Below, in pieces: positions 1 to 11,740 of a stretch of DNA of 56,656 bases. A model generated the notes under the pieces. It saw only the letters and a program-made list of their open reading frames with translations, was not told where the DNA came from and searched no databases. The DNA lies in contig KZ538551.1 in assembly GCA_000934665.2 (NCBI GenBank), positions 186,001 to 242,656 of the forward strand, in the 5' to 3' direction. The translations under genes and the position numbers were made by a program. Source of the DNA: Catajapyx aquilonaris (taxonomy: Eukaryota). The stretch's first letter is position 1, and every line of letters starts with the position of its first letter.

Positions 1-959
1 GTGCCCTATTTGTAAAGTACTCTGTAAGTAACCTTCTCACTCTGGGAGGGGGAGGATATGCAACAATATTAAATCTATTAATAACAGCCTGCATCCCTGC
101 CAATAATAAAACGGAATAATAAGGTCAAAGTGCAAGGAAAAACAACTTTAGAATAATGCAGATTAACAAGCTGAACACTCAAAATAGGCATAGTGTGACC
201 TCTCCAAGAAGGTCATTTATTAAAATAAGCATTGCACGATAAAGAAGATAACTCAACAAATCCCTCTATGTTTTTATGCAACGATCATGTTTGCAAAAAT
301 TGGAAAGCCTTTCGGTTACGTTCAAGGGCATACGCCATTGACAATTGTCATGCTTTTACTCGAATGTACGGAGATGCAACAAACGTTCCAATTCAACCCG
401 AATGACACCGGAACAGTTCTTGTTCCAGTCTGGTTCCCTCTCCGTGCCCATGTCCCCCCCGTGGGTCATCTATGCCCAACCCTTGCCCCAGCATCCCTGC
501 GGTACACATCAGGCCGGCCCCTTTGTGCCCAATTCTGATCGAGATAAGATTTCCCATAATTCGGGGGCGTCAACCACCACACTTAATATTATTATATACT
601 GACTGTGCAATCACACTTGTTCTGTCCCTGGGACCCAACTCTTCCGATCGGCGCAGGCTCCTCCGATGCCTCTGTCCAACTGTCCTTGACCCGCGGGCCG
701 CCCTTGGGGTCAGCGGTGAAAGGCTGGGGAGGAACGGAGAGGGCCCGAAGGAGCAATCTGGCAGGAAAAAAAGAACAGCGGATTCTACCAGAGAGAAAAT
801 ATGGCCGACGCTAGTTCCCAATATGACCGGGATTGCACCGATGGCGCTGCTGTCCACCAACGAATCACCAAATTATAAATTACAATGATTAAATTTTATA
901 ATTAAATTATAATTAAAGTGCGGGTTAATTAACGGGAAGTTAGCTGGTTGAGGCTGGCA

Positions 960-1075
960 CGTGACCTGTTCCGCTTGTTGTGATTGGTTGGATTGGAGGT
1001 GACGGCGGACATGTTGGAGCTCCGGGCGTAACTGGCGCGTTGTGATTGGTCAGGAGTTGCAAGATGGCGGCGCCC
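960..1075. promoter_or_regulatory. Candidate GC-rich bidirectional promoter of unidentified transcripts
   Basis: Three inverted CCAAT boxes (GATTGG near 982, 991 and 1044), E-box CACGTG at 958-963, YY1 consensus AAGATGGCGGC at 1061-1071 (+) and AACATGTCCGCC (-) near 1003-1014. Confidence 0.5.
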
Positions 1076-2783
1076 GTGGTTTAGTACGTGACAAAATAAT
1101 GCAGGCGAAATACCAGGAAAAATGAAGCGACGATGTCAAGTGAACGGAAAATATTGTGTAATCATCTCGTGACCAATTGTCATGAAGAATAAAATACGTT
1201 ATGAAAGCACATCGAGCAGTTCGTAACAGTGCAATAAAAAAGTGGGCAATGACTCTAAAGTGGGTGATGAATCATACGATGTGTCATTGCTCTGTACTGT
1301 ACAGTTATGCTGCTCTCGTTGCATTCCATACATTACTCTCTGCTGCTTATCGACCTTGCCTATTGTGGTTTCCTTCGCTCTCTTCAACTTCCTTGTAATA
1401 AATTCCAAGAATAGTAACAATAGCCAGGACAATAACAAATCGACAATTGGCTAAAGAATACATAATTATGGAAAGACATGAAAAATATTTTTGAGAGGTT
1501 GTTACATTATGTGTGAATGACACATTTGCAATTTATTTGTGCTTCTGTAGATTCTTATGAATGCGATGGAATAGAAAAGGATGCTAATACTTCGTCTTAT
1601 GGTTCAAAATGTCAAACAGTACTCTAGTCACGTAATGGTTGATGTGATCATTGTGAAATGGTCAGTTTTGTCTGGCGTACATCTAAAAAAAAAGGGCCAG
1701 TTGTGTCAAGAGTTGAAAAATGCCCTCCTTGGTATTCCCAGAACAAACTGTTGCCACCTTCTTACCGCGTTTTACATCTTCGAGATTCACGCCACACACA
1801 TTCTTTCACGGAATTTTGTGTCTGTTGCGGAAACTTTACAGCCACCCATTTGACGCACTTAAACCGATAGCAGCATCATTATTCAAAGGGTATGCCAGGA
1901 TGAAACAAAGTCAATTGTAACTCAGAAGGTCTCCTGTGATTAGTGCGAAGGTTGAGAGTGAACCTGGCTGTACCTTCTATTTTCATGGCTCACAGGAGAT
2001 AATGTGAAGCTTTTTTGATGTCCCTTATTTTTCTCTCAGCAGAAAGAAAAATCCATTTCCGCATTGGGCAAGTTCCGTAATATTCATCAAAAAATTCATG
2101 GTATGTCCTATGCACGCTTGTTCCCAGAAAAAATTCTGTAATGACTAGGTGTCCGCTACAGGCTCCTCAGGGTCCGTAATGGGCACGTTTCACTGCAGCT
2201 AGAGAAAATGCCCTTGTCGTGGCAACACATATTCTCCGAAGGTCGTCTGTGCTTGGCCTTATTCCAATGTGCATGATTAATCACCTGGATAAAAAACTAA
2301 TGATATCATAATATTCCTCCACACCTACTCATGCATATGTAACCTTCCCGGTTTCACAGCCTGCCATCTGATCACAATCGAATGGCAGCAAAATGCACAA
2401 AAACTAGTCGTAAACAATTAGGATAAAATTGTGCTCATGGCAACAATGCTATGGGCATTACAGATTTTTTTTTCTTGTAATGTGTCACTATTAAAGTAAT
2501 GAAAAATAAGTTGTTTGCTGCTTGCTTTATTACAACCTTTAAGCACCGGGACATTGCTCTCAGACCAACTACAATTTCAAATCAGTTCACAAAACCTCCT
2601 GGGTGGATTCTTAACGAGCCCTGAGAGTCACCCAGCTCAAAACGGAAAGCAAGACGGAAAATACTAGAAAACAGAAAAAATAGTGCAAACATCTTGAAAC
2701 CACAACCAAAGCGGTGAATAACAAAGTGAGATTAACATTCCTCCTTTTCTTTGGAAACATCAACCATTCCATTAATCTTTTTT

Positions 2784-5700
2784 TCACTGCGGATGTGGCA
2801 CCGTGCGAATGTAGTTTCTTCCTGAAGGCACCTCGTGGACCTTAACACCCTCGGGAAACAAAACCTTCGCCTCCTCATCGCTCACGGTTGGAAGAACCAT
2901 CACGTCGCAACCGGCCTGGAAAAGATTGTGTTAATTTTGTGCCTTTATTCGCTAGTGGCTACGAAAAAATACCTTCCAGTCAACAGGAGTTGCCACCTTC
3001 TTCGTGGCAGTCAGCTGAAGAGAATCGACAGCTCGGAGCAACTCACTGTAACGAGCAACACAGAGTGTGAACATGGGCATGTCTTAGCATCCATATTTTG
3101 ATGGAAACTCACTCAAAGTTTCTCCCGGTGGTCGCTGGGTAGAGGATTGACAGCTTGAGCTTCTTGTCCGGACCAATGACAAATACGGAGCGACAGGTCA
3201 TGGGTAATCCCTGCGCGTCTTTCTCCTCGGGGTCAAGCATGCCCAGCTTCACGGCAAGGTCACGGCTCTGGTCATCGATGATCGGGAAGGGAAACTCACC
3301 CTTCAAGCAGCCGAAGGCCTGGACATCCTGGAGAAATATGGAAAATTAGTGCAAATATCCTGACCATGCCCAAGTATAATAATGGTTCACCTCTCCGACC
3401 TTGAATTTGGTAGCCTCATTATGCAAAGACCCTTCAAGGATATTGGAAGCATTCCATAAGTACAAATTTTTTTGAATATTGTGCAATAGCAAAGTCACCT
3501 TTCCCCACTTCATATAGGTATTATTAGGGGCTTGTACCCTACAAAAATAGTTGGCAGCTTCAATGGCAAAATCGGCCACATCCTAATCAGCACGATCAAT
3601 TTAACAAGGTCAATTGAAGCGATAGAAGGGTTCTCTTATCGAAAAAAATAACTGCAACAGACTTTATCTATGTCGCCCACACTCTTTCTGATAAATGCTC
3701 GAATTATCAAGTCGCCATAAAGTACCTTAATCCAACCCTTATGGCAGTCAACATCATTGCACGACAGGGCGATGACTTTAACCCCTCGTTTCTCAAATTC
3801 CGGGGCCAGCTGGGCCATGCGGCTCAACTCGGTGGTGCAAACAGGGGTGTAGTCCGCCGGGTGAGAAAACAGCATGCCCCATCTGCGGAAAAAGAAACAT
3901 TTGTAATAGGCCTACATACGCCGTAAATAGTACAAACAAGTCCTTACGCAGTGAAATTGCAGCCGTCATTACAGGTCATAAACGCAATCACTTACTGAGA
4001 ACAATAGTTTACGACAATACGATGAGACTATTTTTAGCAACGGTGCATTGTACTTCCACATATGAGAATAAGGATGCAATTTGCACAGTACCAGGCTCTG
4101 CCATTGACTGTTTTTAGAAACTTCAGATAATGCAAAAGTTGTCCGCCGGTGGACTGGTTTTGGCGAATAACACATCAGACGTGCCTTGGTAAAATTCCTG
4201 TTTTCCATCTAACTCGGCTGATGATACCTTGCAAAGAGCCTGATGCAATGACAGCATACTGTACATATTTGATGTTGTACTGGCAACTTGCACATGAAAA
4301 TACAACCAGCTTTGCATGAAAATGCCTTGCTAATAATGCCTCCCAACAACCATCCTCGTAAAGCATCAGAAATGGACAGCTTTGCATTGCAAATGGGTCG
4401 TTATTCAGCCACTTGCATGCTTCATTATACTATAAGGAAACGCCACACATTTCCTCATCTGACTTGTCATTTTCCTTCCCTCTTAATCGCTCTTAATGAG
4501 TCCCACACATGTACTGTACACTCACTTTTCTCCGAGCCACGAATGAAACGAGATGTGTCCATCAGACGTGTCAGCTTCAAAGTCTGGGAAGGCATCTCCG
4601 AGCCTCATCTTCACGAAATATGCTCTCACCGAATGCAAGAAGCGAAATGCAAATGTGAAACCGCACCCGCCGCACAATTATTATAACCAGTCAAGTAGGT
4701 CAAGATTGAACTGCAATCACTTACTCCCTACGAGAGAAAGTTGACCTACATGACCAACCGGTTATTCAAAAAAAAATATGTGCAGCAAAATAATTATGAA
4801 TGAAACTTTCCGCCAACTTATCAAATTACTTGCATAATAACTTATCAATCGCAAATGCTGACCTTACAAATTAACTGCATCGGAAGCTGAGCGTCCGGTC
4901 AGAGTTTATCATCCTTAGCATTGAACTGTACAATGGCGATTGATATGTTGCACATTTTCCAAATTGCATAAAAATTAGCACATTTGTCTGCAGACAAAAA
5001 TTATCTGACCTGTCTCCAAGCCACTCGTGGTACTCGATATGGCCCTCGGAAGTGTCCGCCTCGAAATTAGGAAACGCGTCTCCCAGCCTCATGTTGTAAC
5101 AGCGTATCAAACGTTAACTCAGCAGCACCAGCAATAATATTGGCCTAACGTACCCTGCTACACACCCTTCTTATAAGGAAAGTCTTACGGAAGTGTTCAA
5201 ATGGGTCAAGTATGTCCTCTTAACATACGGAGGTCAATCGAGTCATACAGCCTTTCAATAATTACGAGGTGAAGCAGGATGATTTGTCAAGGGTAATAGC
5301 AAACAGGGCCATTGATTTCATAATTATATACGCAAGTGCCATTGAGAATATATCATATCGGTAGTCTAATTGCGCAACAAGCGCAGAGGATTGATGGGAA
5401 CAATTAACTTTTCTAATTTCCTATTGATTTAATTGAACAATTGTTGTACTACAATTAAAACACTTCCGATACACAAAAAGTACGTTCTTTAATTAATCCC
5501 CATTTTAATACAAAATTAAAATACGAGTGCATCGTACAAAATTGAAAGGAGCATATGTACGAAGCAATTATCTTTTATTTTTGCATCATCTTCTGGCTAA
5601 TTACTTCGAGGCACATTGCGCTTGTAATTATTATTTTTAAATTACATTACAGGCACACTATACAGAATATGAAACTTTTTTTTTTTTTTTGTCAACATGT

Positions 5701-6012
5701 CAGTATACGGTTGGCAACACTGTTAGAACCGAACCGGTTCTGGCCCCGGTTCGGTTCCCCAGCATGTGAACGGTCATCACCTGTCCCCCCCATTCAATGT
5801 GATGTATAACCACCTTTTTTTTTTTTTGTCACCATCTGTCAGTATAATATGCTCTTTCCGGTGGTTCTATGATTGTAAAGCCGAACCGGTTCTGGACCAG
5901 GTCCAGTTCGGGTGTGGGGTCCTCCTCACCTGTCCCCGAGCCACTCGTGGAACTTGATGTGTCCTCCCGAGGTGTCTGCCTCGAAGTTTGGGAATAAATC
6001 GCCGAGCTTCAT
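2784..6012 (-). CDS. Prdx6: 1-Cys peroxiredoxin (peroxiredoxin-6) with three alternative first coding exons
   Basis: Shared exons 3882-3726, 3327-3113, 3045-2973 and 2915-2784 (TGA), all GT-AG with consistent phases. They encode [18 protein letters not shown] (peroxidatic Cys), [21 protein letters not shown] and VATPVDWK. First exon is one of 6012-5930, 5092-5010 or 4608-4526. AATAAA on - strand near 2526-2531. Confidence 0.96.
4526..4608 (-). CDS. Prdx6: Prdx6 alternative first exon A ([28 protein letters not shown])
   Basis: 83 nt from ATG to phase-2 donor AA|GTGAGT; TATAA about 75 nt upstream (4680-4686). Not in the ORF track. Confidence 0.9.
5010..5092 (-). CDS. Prdx6: Prdx6 alternative first exon B ([28 protein letters not shown])
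   Basis: 83 nt from ATG to phase-2 donor AG|GTCAGA; TTATAA at 5171-5176. Confidence 0.9.
5930..6012 (-). CDS. Prdx6: Prdx6 alternative first exon C ([28 protein letters not shown])
   Basis: 83 nt from ATG to phase-2 donor AG|GTGAGG; TATAAAA on - strand at about 6086-6093. Confidence 0.9.
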
Positions 6013-6327
6013 CCTTATTGTTGCGACGTTGGTTCGACCGTGACAATCTTTCAGGACAAACAATCGAAAAGACGGGCCGGCGTGGTTTTTATACCCCCCG
6101 GAGAGTGCTGCCATCTGGCGGCAGAGGTGCGGAACCATATGCGACGCACCTGGAAACAAACGACGATCGGATATACGTATGCGGAGAAAAGGCACGCTGA
6201 TTTTGGCTTGGATGCGACGATTCCAGCCAATCTGAATGGTCACGTGACAGTGGATGCTCCGCCTGCTGCCAATTTCAGAGTGCCTTTTCAATGTCCGCGG
6301 CTTCAAACGTATGAAGGGAAAACAAAC
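6013..6327. promoter_or_regulatory. Bidirectional Prdx6-C / PTPA promoter
   Basis: 315 nt between divergent ATGs. Contains a TATA box (-), a CTCF-like GCCGCCAGATGGCAGCA (- strand, 6106-6122), CCAAT near 6227, the palindromic E-box GTCACGTGAC (6239-6248) and a YY1-like AACATGGC overlapping the PTPA ATG. Confidence 0.7.
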
Positions 6328-8562
6328 ATGGCCGCTTCTGGTGAGGAAACCTTTTTTTTTCTTGAGATTTTGTGGTCCTCGCAGCATCCCTGGGAATGGT
6401 TTTTATGGAGGCCGCGGGTTGGGCAGGGAGTGCGGGTTGGGCTGAACCCAAATCCGAAGTCGGTATGCCTGCAGGGGGCTGTACAATCCAGCTCGAACCA
6501 CCCAAGTCTGTCACTTTGAAAGGTTGCACTGTGAATAGTTGAAGAATATTATTAAGAACGCAATGAAAGCAGGATGCCGACCGAAAACATGAACCAGCCG
6601 ACTGGAAGCCAACCCGTATTAAATTGTCATGTCGTATGATTGAACTGTGGATGACAATTAAAACATGCTGCTGGTCACGCTTTATGCGAGTTGATTGTAA
6701 TTAATTATGGAATTTAATTTCAGGATTGTGCCCTTGTGGAGTGCGGGATGACCACAAGTACATCGTTCCGGTCAAGGAGGTCAAGTCCATGGGTGACCTT
6801 GAGAAATGGGAGAAGTCTGAAGCTTACCAGGTTCGGTATAGTTTGCCGTCATGCACATCGCAAAGTTGACATTAATTTTTTAAACCAGGAATATGTGGGG
6901 TTCATCCTGGCCATGAACGAGGCTGTGAGGAGCAAGCCCATCTCGTACCCTGCGACACACAGCGAGGGAATATCTGCTGTGTTGAGCGTATTGGACCAAC
7001 TAAGCGATTGGGTCGATGAAATACCGCCGATTGAGCAGCCGCAGCGGTTTGGAAACAAAGCCTTTCGCACCTGGTACGATCGCCTGGAAGACGTAAGTTG
7101 TGTCGGTTAATTCTGATCCAGCAGGCCGAATTAAATCGCATCATTTTCCAGGGTGCTGCTTCTCTATTGAAGAAGTCATTCCCGCCTACCTTGCATCAGT
7201 CCATCCAGGAAGTTTCGGTGTACTTGATCGAATCAATGGGCAATTCAACCCGGATTGACTATGGGACGGGCCATGAGATGAACTTCCTCATGTTCCTGGT
7301 CTGCCTCTTCAAGATAGGTCTTCTGAAGGAGGAGGACAAGGCCTCTGTTGTCACAAGGATCTTCCATAGGTACATGATTCTTGTCAGGAAGTTACAACTC
7401 ACATACCGGATGGAGCCTGCAGGCAGCCATGGAGTTTGGAGCCTCGATGACTACCAGTTCGTACCGTTCATCTGGGGAAGTTCGCAGCTAATCAGTACGT
7501 CTCACTCAATCTTCAATTAAGCATCGAAATGCCCAAATTTCTTATTCAAAATTACAAAGAGTAATGTGCTTAAGGCAATTTAATTGACAGTAATTGATAG
7601 TATACACCATGGCATCAGTGCAATTCGTATGTGTGCAGACTGTAAAATTTGAATGGCTTTCAGAAGTCTTTTTAAGAAACTTCTTATTGTCATGACTATT
7701 TTCAGTAGTTGCAACAATAAGGATTTTTTTTAACCGAAAAAGCACTGCCTACCCCATCCTTGGGACAATGCTGTAACGATTGTATTGTAATTATCAGCAC
7801 TAATTACACATTACTGACGGGTACCATGAAAACATTGCCACAGAGGTAAAACTCGTAAAAGGACTCAATTATTATTAATTGCAAAATTGTCAAATAGCAC
7901 CATGAAGTAGCCAGCAGCATATATAAATAAAATTATTACATCTTGGTAGGCTACATGTTAAAATTACTTGCAAATATCGTTTTAATACTCTTGTGCTTCA
8001 CTTTTATTGCAGCTCACCCTAGGATTGAACCCAAGTCTTTCTACCAAGAGAATGTGGTAAAAGAATTTGCACCGGAATATATGTTCCTTGGTTGCATTGA
8101 ATACATTCTAAAGGTTAGTTTGGCTATTCACATTCAAATAAAATGCAATTTTGAAACGTCATTGTTATAAATTGCGACAAATGGAGATTGATGTATGGGT
8201 CGAGCTGTTAATTGCGATTGATTGCATCTTGTGCAGGTGAAAAGTGGTCCATTCCATGAGCACTCGAATCAGCTGTGGAACATTAGTGGGCTCCCCACTT
8301 GGTCCAAAATCAACAACGGACTGATTAAGATGTACAAAGCTGAGGTCAGTTTTCTGCTCAGTTACATTGCTGTTACGACAATATCTAATGTGCAATTTTT
8401 TTAAACTTGCCGCAGGTCTTGGCGAAGCTTCCAGTGATCCAGCACACTTATTTTGGGTCCCTGCTGCCGTTCCGTCCTGGAATGAGGCAGCCGACATTCC
8501 AAGGGGGTCGTATGCCACCTCCGCCTTTCCCCACTGCCAACGCAGCCTCGCCTGCACACTAA
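6328..8562 (+). CDS. PTPA: Serine/threonine-protein phosphatase 2A activator (PTPA/PPP2R4)
   Basis: Exons 6328-6340, 6724-6830, 6889-7092, 7152-7494, 8013-8113, 8237-8344 and 8416-8562 (TAA), GT-AG and in phase. Hallmark motifs [50 protein letters not shown] and [15 protein letters not shown]. Confidence 0.96.
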
Positions 8563-10396
8563 GAAAAAAGAAAAGAAAGAAAATGGAGGTCCCCGATGTT
8601 TCTCAGCCCTCAAAAGATGTGTTGGAATTTTTTGTTTTAATATTAATCCCCCCCCTCGATTACTGTGTATAGTACTGTTCCCTTTCTTAGCTGACATGAA
8701 TACATGTTGTACTAATCATGGCTTCCTGTATTTCTTTGGTAAACCTTCAGAATTTTCAGACTTGTTTTCTGTTGTCCATTTCATCGTGGAAATTAATATA
8801 CTATATAGAGCGTCAGTGTTTAGTAACATTCGGTTTCATACCAGCGTGCGTACCACAACACTCACACACACTACGCTACACGACAACTGGTACTTGCAAG
8901 TTAGTGGTTTCCTGTTATTGCACAAGACGTTAAGAGTAGGACAACCGGCACGTGTTTGGATCATCTTGGGTCAACCCACAACATTCGCAAAGTGTAATGT
9001 GATGTAACTCAAAAGGATCTAGTTTACAATCACGAGAGTGTACCACATGTAAGAACACATGCGACAAATGGAGGACAGAGGATTCAATGCACCTGTCGTA
9101 AACTACCCCGCATGACAAGTGGAATAATATGAGACAAGCCAACCTCTCACACAGTACATTGAGAGGCAATTGGCACTCATTGCGGTGTGGTTGCTAGGGT
9201 GAACAATCCCGAATATTACCAGCCGAATTTTAACAGCATTTCCATTTCATTTTATTTTTTGGCCTTGCGTTTTTCCGCGAGCGAATGTCGTTGCGCAATA
9301 TTGTTGCGAAATCCTTGAGAAACGGCGGCGGTTTATCGTACGTTACGTGATGCACGCGCTTGACTCGTGCTGTATTGGAGATGAGGGTTTTTTTTTGTTT
9401 TTAAATACTCGTAGCACTTATTGCAAGGCGAAAGATCGCATCATGAAGCCAACGTTCGGTCTGTATTTCAACAATGCTGCTGACCCGCCCTGGCAAAAGA
9501 TCCTACCCTACGCCAATAACATTGTTGTTGTTATGGGAAAACGAGAAAGCAGCAGCAGGGCTTGTCTATATAGCTCGGGAGAAACTAAGCAATTCAAGAA
9601 CCCTGGATCGCCAGTCAAGCATTACCGTACACGACCCACTTTACGAAAAGCAGCGCACTTTCAACGTGCACCACACTTATTGCTGTATGTAGTACGACAC
9701 CACAACAATACGCTGCAAGCTTGATGTCGACGCATCTGAAATATTATTATTACGTAGTATTTGGTAGGCTACTTGTTGTCCCAGCTACTTTTGCTTTCTT
9801 GTAATGTATATGGATGGCACATAATGGCTGGAGACACTGAGCCCCATCATTCCAGACACACAAGTTGGCCCAATTTTAGCAAAAAAGTCGTATCTACACA
9901 GACACGGCAACGCCACAATAACGTCCGTTGGCCTTCTCCGTGCAACGAACGTTATTGTGGCTTTTGCAAGTCTCACGGAAAAAAGCCGTATCTGTGCAGA
10001 TGCGGCTGTTTTTCCTAATATATTGTAGATACGGCTTTTTTTCCTAAGAGAGACCCCCCCTTTGTTTATCACGTGATCCGCCTTATTTGTCAGGGTTGCC
10101 ATTCACTTTCACGCCGCGTATTGTTGACAAACACTGGGAAGATTTTCCGCTCGTGATGTGGGGTGTGGACAATGCCCAGCATCACGTAGGCTATACCCTC
10201 CTCCTCATGCAGGTAGAGAGTAGTATAGATATAGAGGAATGAAGGAAGCGAACAAGAGATGCGGAAGCGACTCTCCAGGTAAGGGCAAAGCTAACGAGGC
10301 GGCTAAAGTAACGGTGCTTTGACGTCACCTGTTGGCCCGAAGAACATTACAATGGTGGCGGGGGTGGTATAGTTTAGTCGCCAAGGGGGGGAAAAG

Positions 10397-10467
10397 GAAG
10401 AAGAAGAAGAAGAAGAAGAAGAAGAAGAAGAAGAAGAAGAAGAAGAAGAAGAAGAAGAAGAAGAAGA
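10397..10467. repeat. (GAA)n microsatellite
   Basis: Uninterrupted GAA run. Confidence 0.97.
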
Positions 10468-11574
10468 GACCTCGAAAGTATGTCCATGTGGTCAGTTGTG
10501 CCATGTCTGTACACAAGATAATGCAATTCCTGGACATTAATGGTGTCGTACTGGTGGCGCTACGAGTCGATTGCGGCAAAAGAGAGAATTGAAATATGCC
10601 CTCCTTCAATGCGCTCTTTTGCCGCCATCGGCTCTTGGCGTCACCAGCACATATATTAGACTTGGAGGGATGTACCACCCTGTGGTATGGATGGAAGGGC
10701 GTTTGTGTTGGAGGTGTCCCGGTTCACTTTTGACCTCGGGTGTGTTTCATGCAAGAGGAAGCACCAATAGTGAAGCTTCTCTTTTCCGCAGATTGCGCCA
10801 ACTTTTAATGTAAAAAAAAATAGGGGGTGTAATTTCCAGGTAGAAAAAAAATAAGGCAAAAGTGCGCTGGCCTTGTCAAGCCTGGAAGCTGTAGAGCCAT
10901 GGACCAAAGTTCGGAGGACATCTGATGCAATAATGCATTTGCACCAAGGATGAACGCTGTGTAGGCCTACTGTAATATTTGTGCACGATTTCAGTACATT
11001 ACAAAGAACGCGCGATATCAGCGAAAATGTCACACCCGGACGATAAGAGAGAGAAAAAAAAGATACTACTGATCAATCTGACGTCATTCTCGGTGCTGTA
11101 CTTAGCGTACATATATATAGGTTGAGGGTGGATTCTAACTCCAGCAAATTCTGGTGCTGCCAGTCGATTTCTATACTTAATAATGAATCGGCAGACAGTC
11201 TTGGAATAGAAAAGGTCTCATTACAGTCCAAGTGAAGCTGCTGGACGGAATGGAAAAAGTTTGAGGAGGAAGAGTCAGGAGGAGGGGAAAGGACATGATC
11301 AGCAAGCAGAGAAGTGGACTTGCGCAATTTGCATGGAGGACCTCGCAGAAGAGGAGCTCCCCTGTGCTATGAAGAAAGAAAAGAAAAAAAAGGAAAAGAG
11401 AACCTGCTGGATGTGGATATAGTGAACTGGCAAACGGCCTTGGAAGGTCTTTCGGCTGCTGAACATTCTCATGGTGCACATGCACAAAGAGGGCCCCGTC
11501 ATTAACCTCGAATTGTGCACACAGTACCACTTTCGAATCATCTTATTATCTCATATAGAATTATTGGCTAGGCG

Positions 11575-11740
11575 AAACCTGTCCACGGCGACTCATCACC
11601 AACGTGCATCTAGTACTACTTTCTCCCTGAGGGCGGCAGTAGTGTGCAGAGAGAGAGAGGATGCGCGCCATCTGCGAGTGGCATATCATACTACATCCAA
11701 AGTGGGGAGCGAGCCGGGCAGTGTTACTAAGTTTTGGCCT
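11575..11740. mobile_element. Dispersed repeat family C
   Basis: Core TTGGCAACACTGCCCGGCTCG..CTTGGACGTAGTA..ATGCCAC..CAGATGGCGC plus GACTCATCACCAACGTGCA. Copies at 14190-14250, 22098-22240, 26605-26680, 26945-27115 and 37050-37350. Confidence 0.75.

Noticed and set aside
4526..6012. Three separate Prdx6 genes or pseudogenes
   Set aside because: Only exon 1 is triplicated; no exon 2-5 remnants lie between the copies, and each copy is intact.
10325..10678. Poly-Lys and poly-Phe ORFs
   Set aside because: Translations of the (GAA)n microsatellite and a family D MITE.
11080..11530. Purine-rich, exon-like stretch in the desert
   Set aside because: No consistent frame, splice pair or recognisable protein; a lncRNA exon cannot be excluded.
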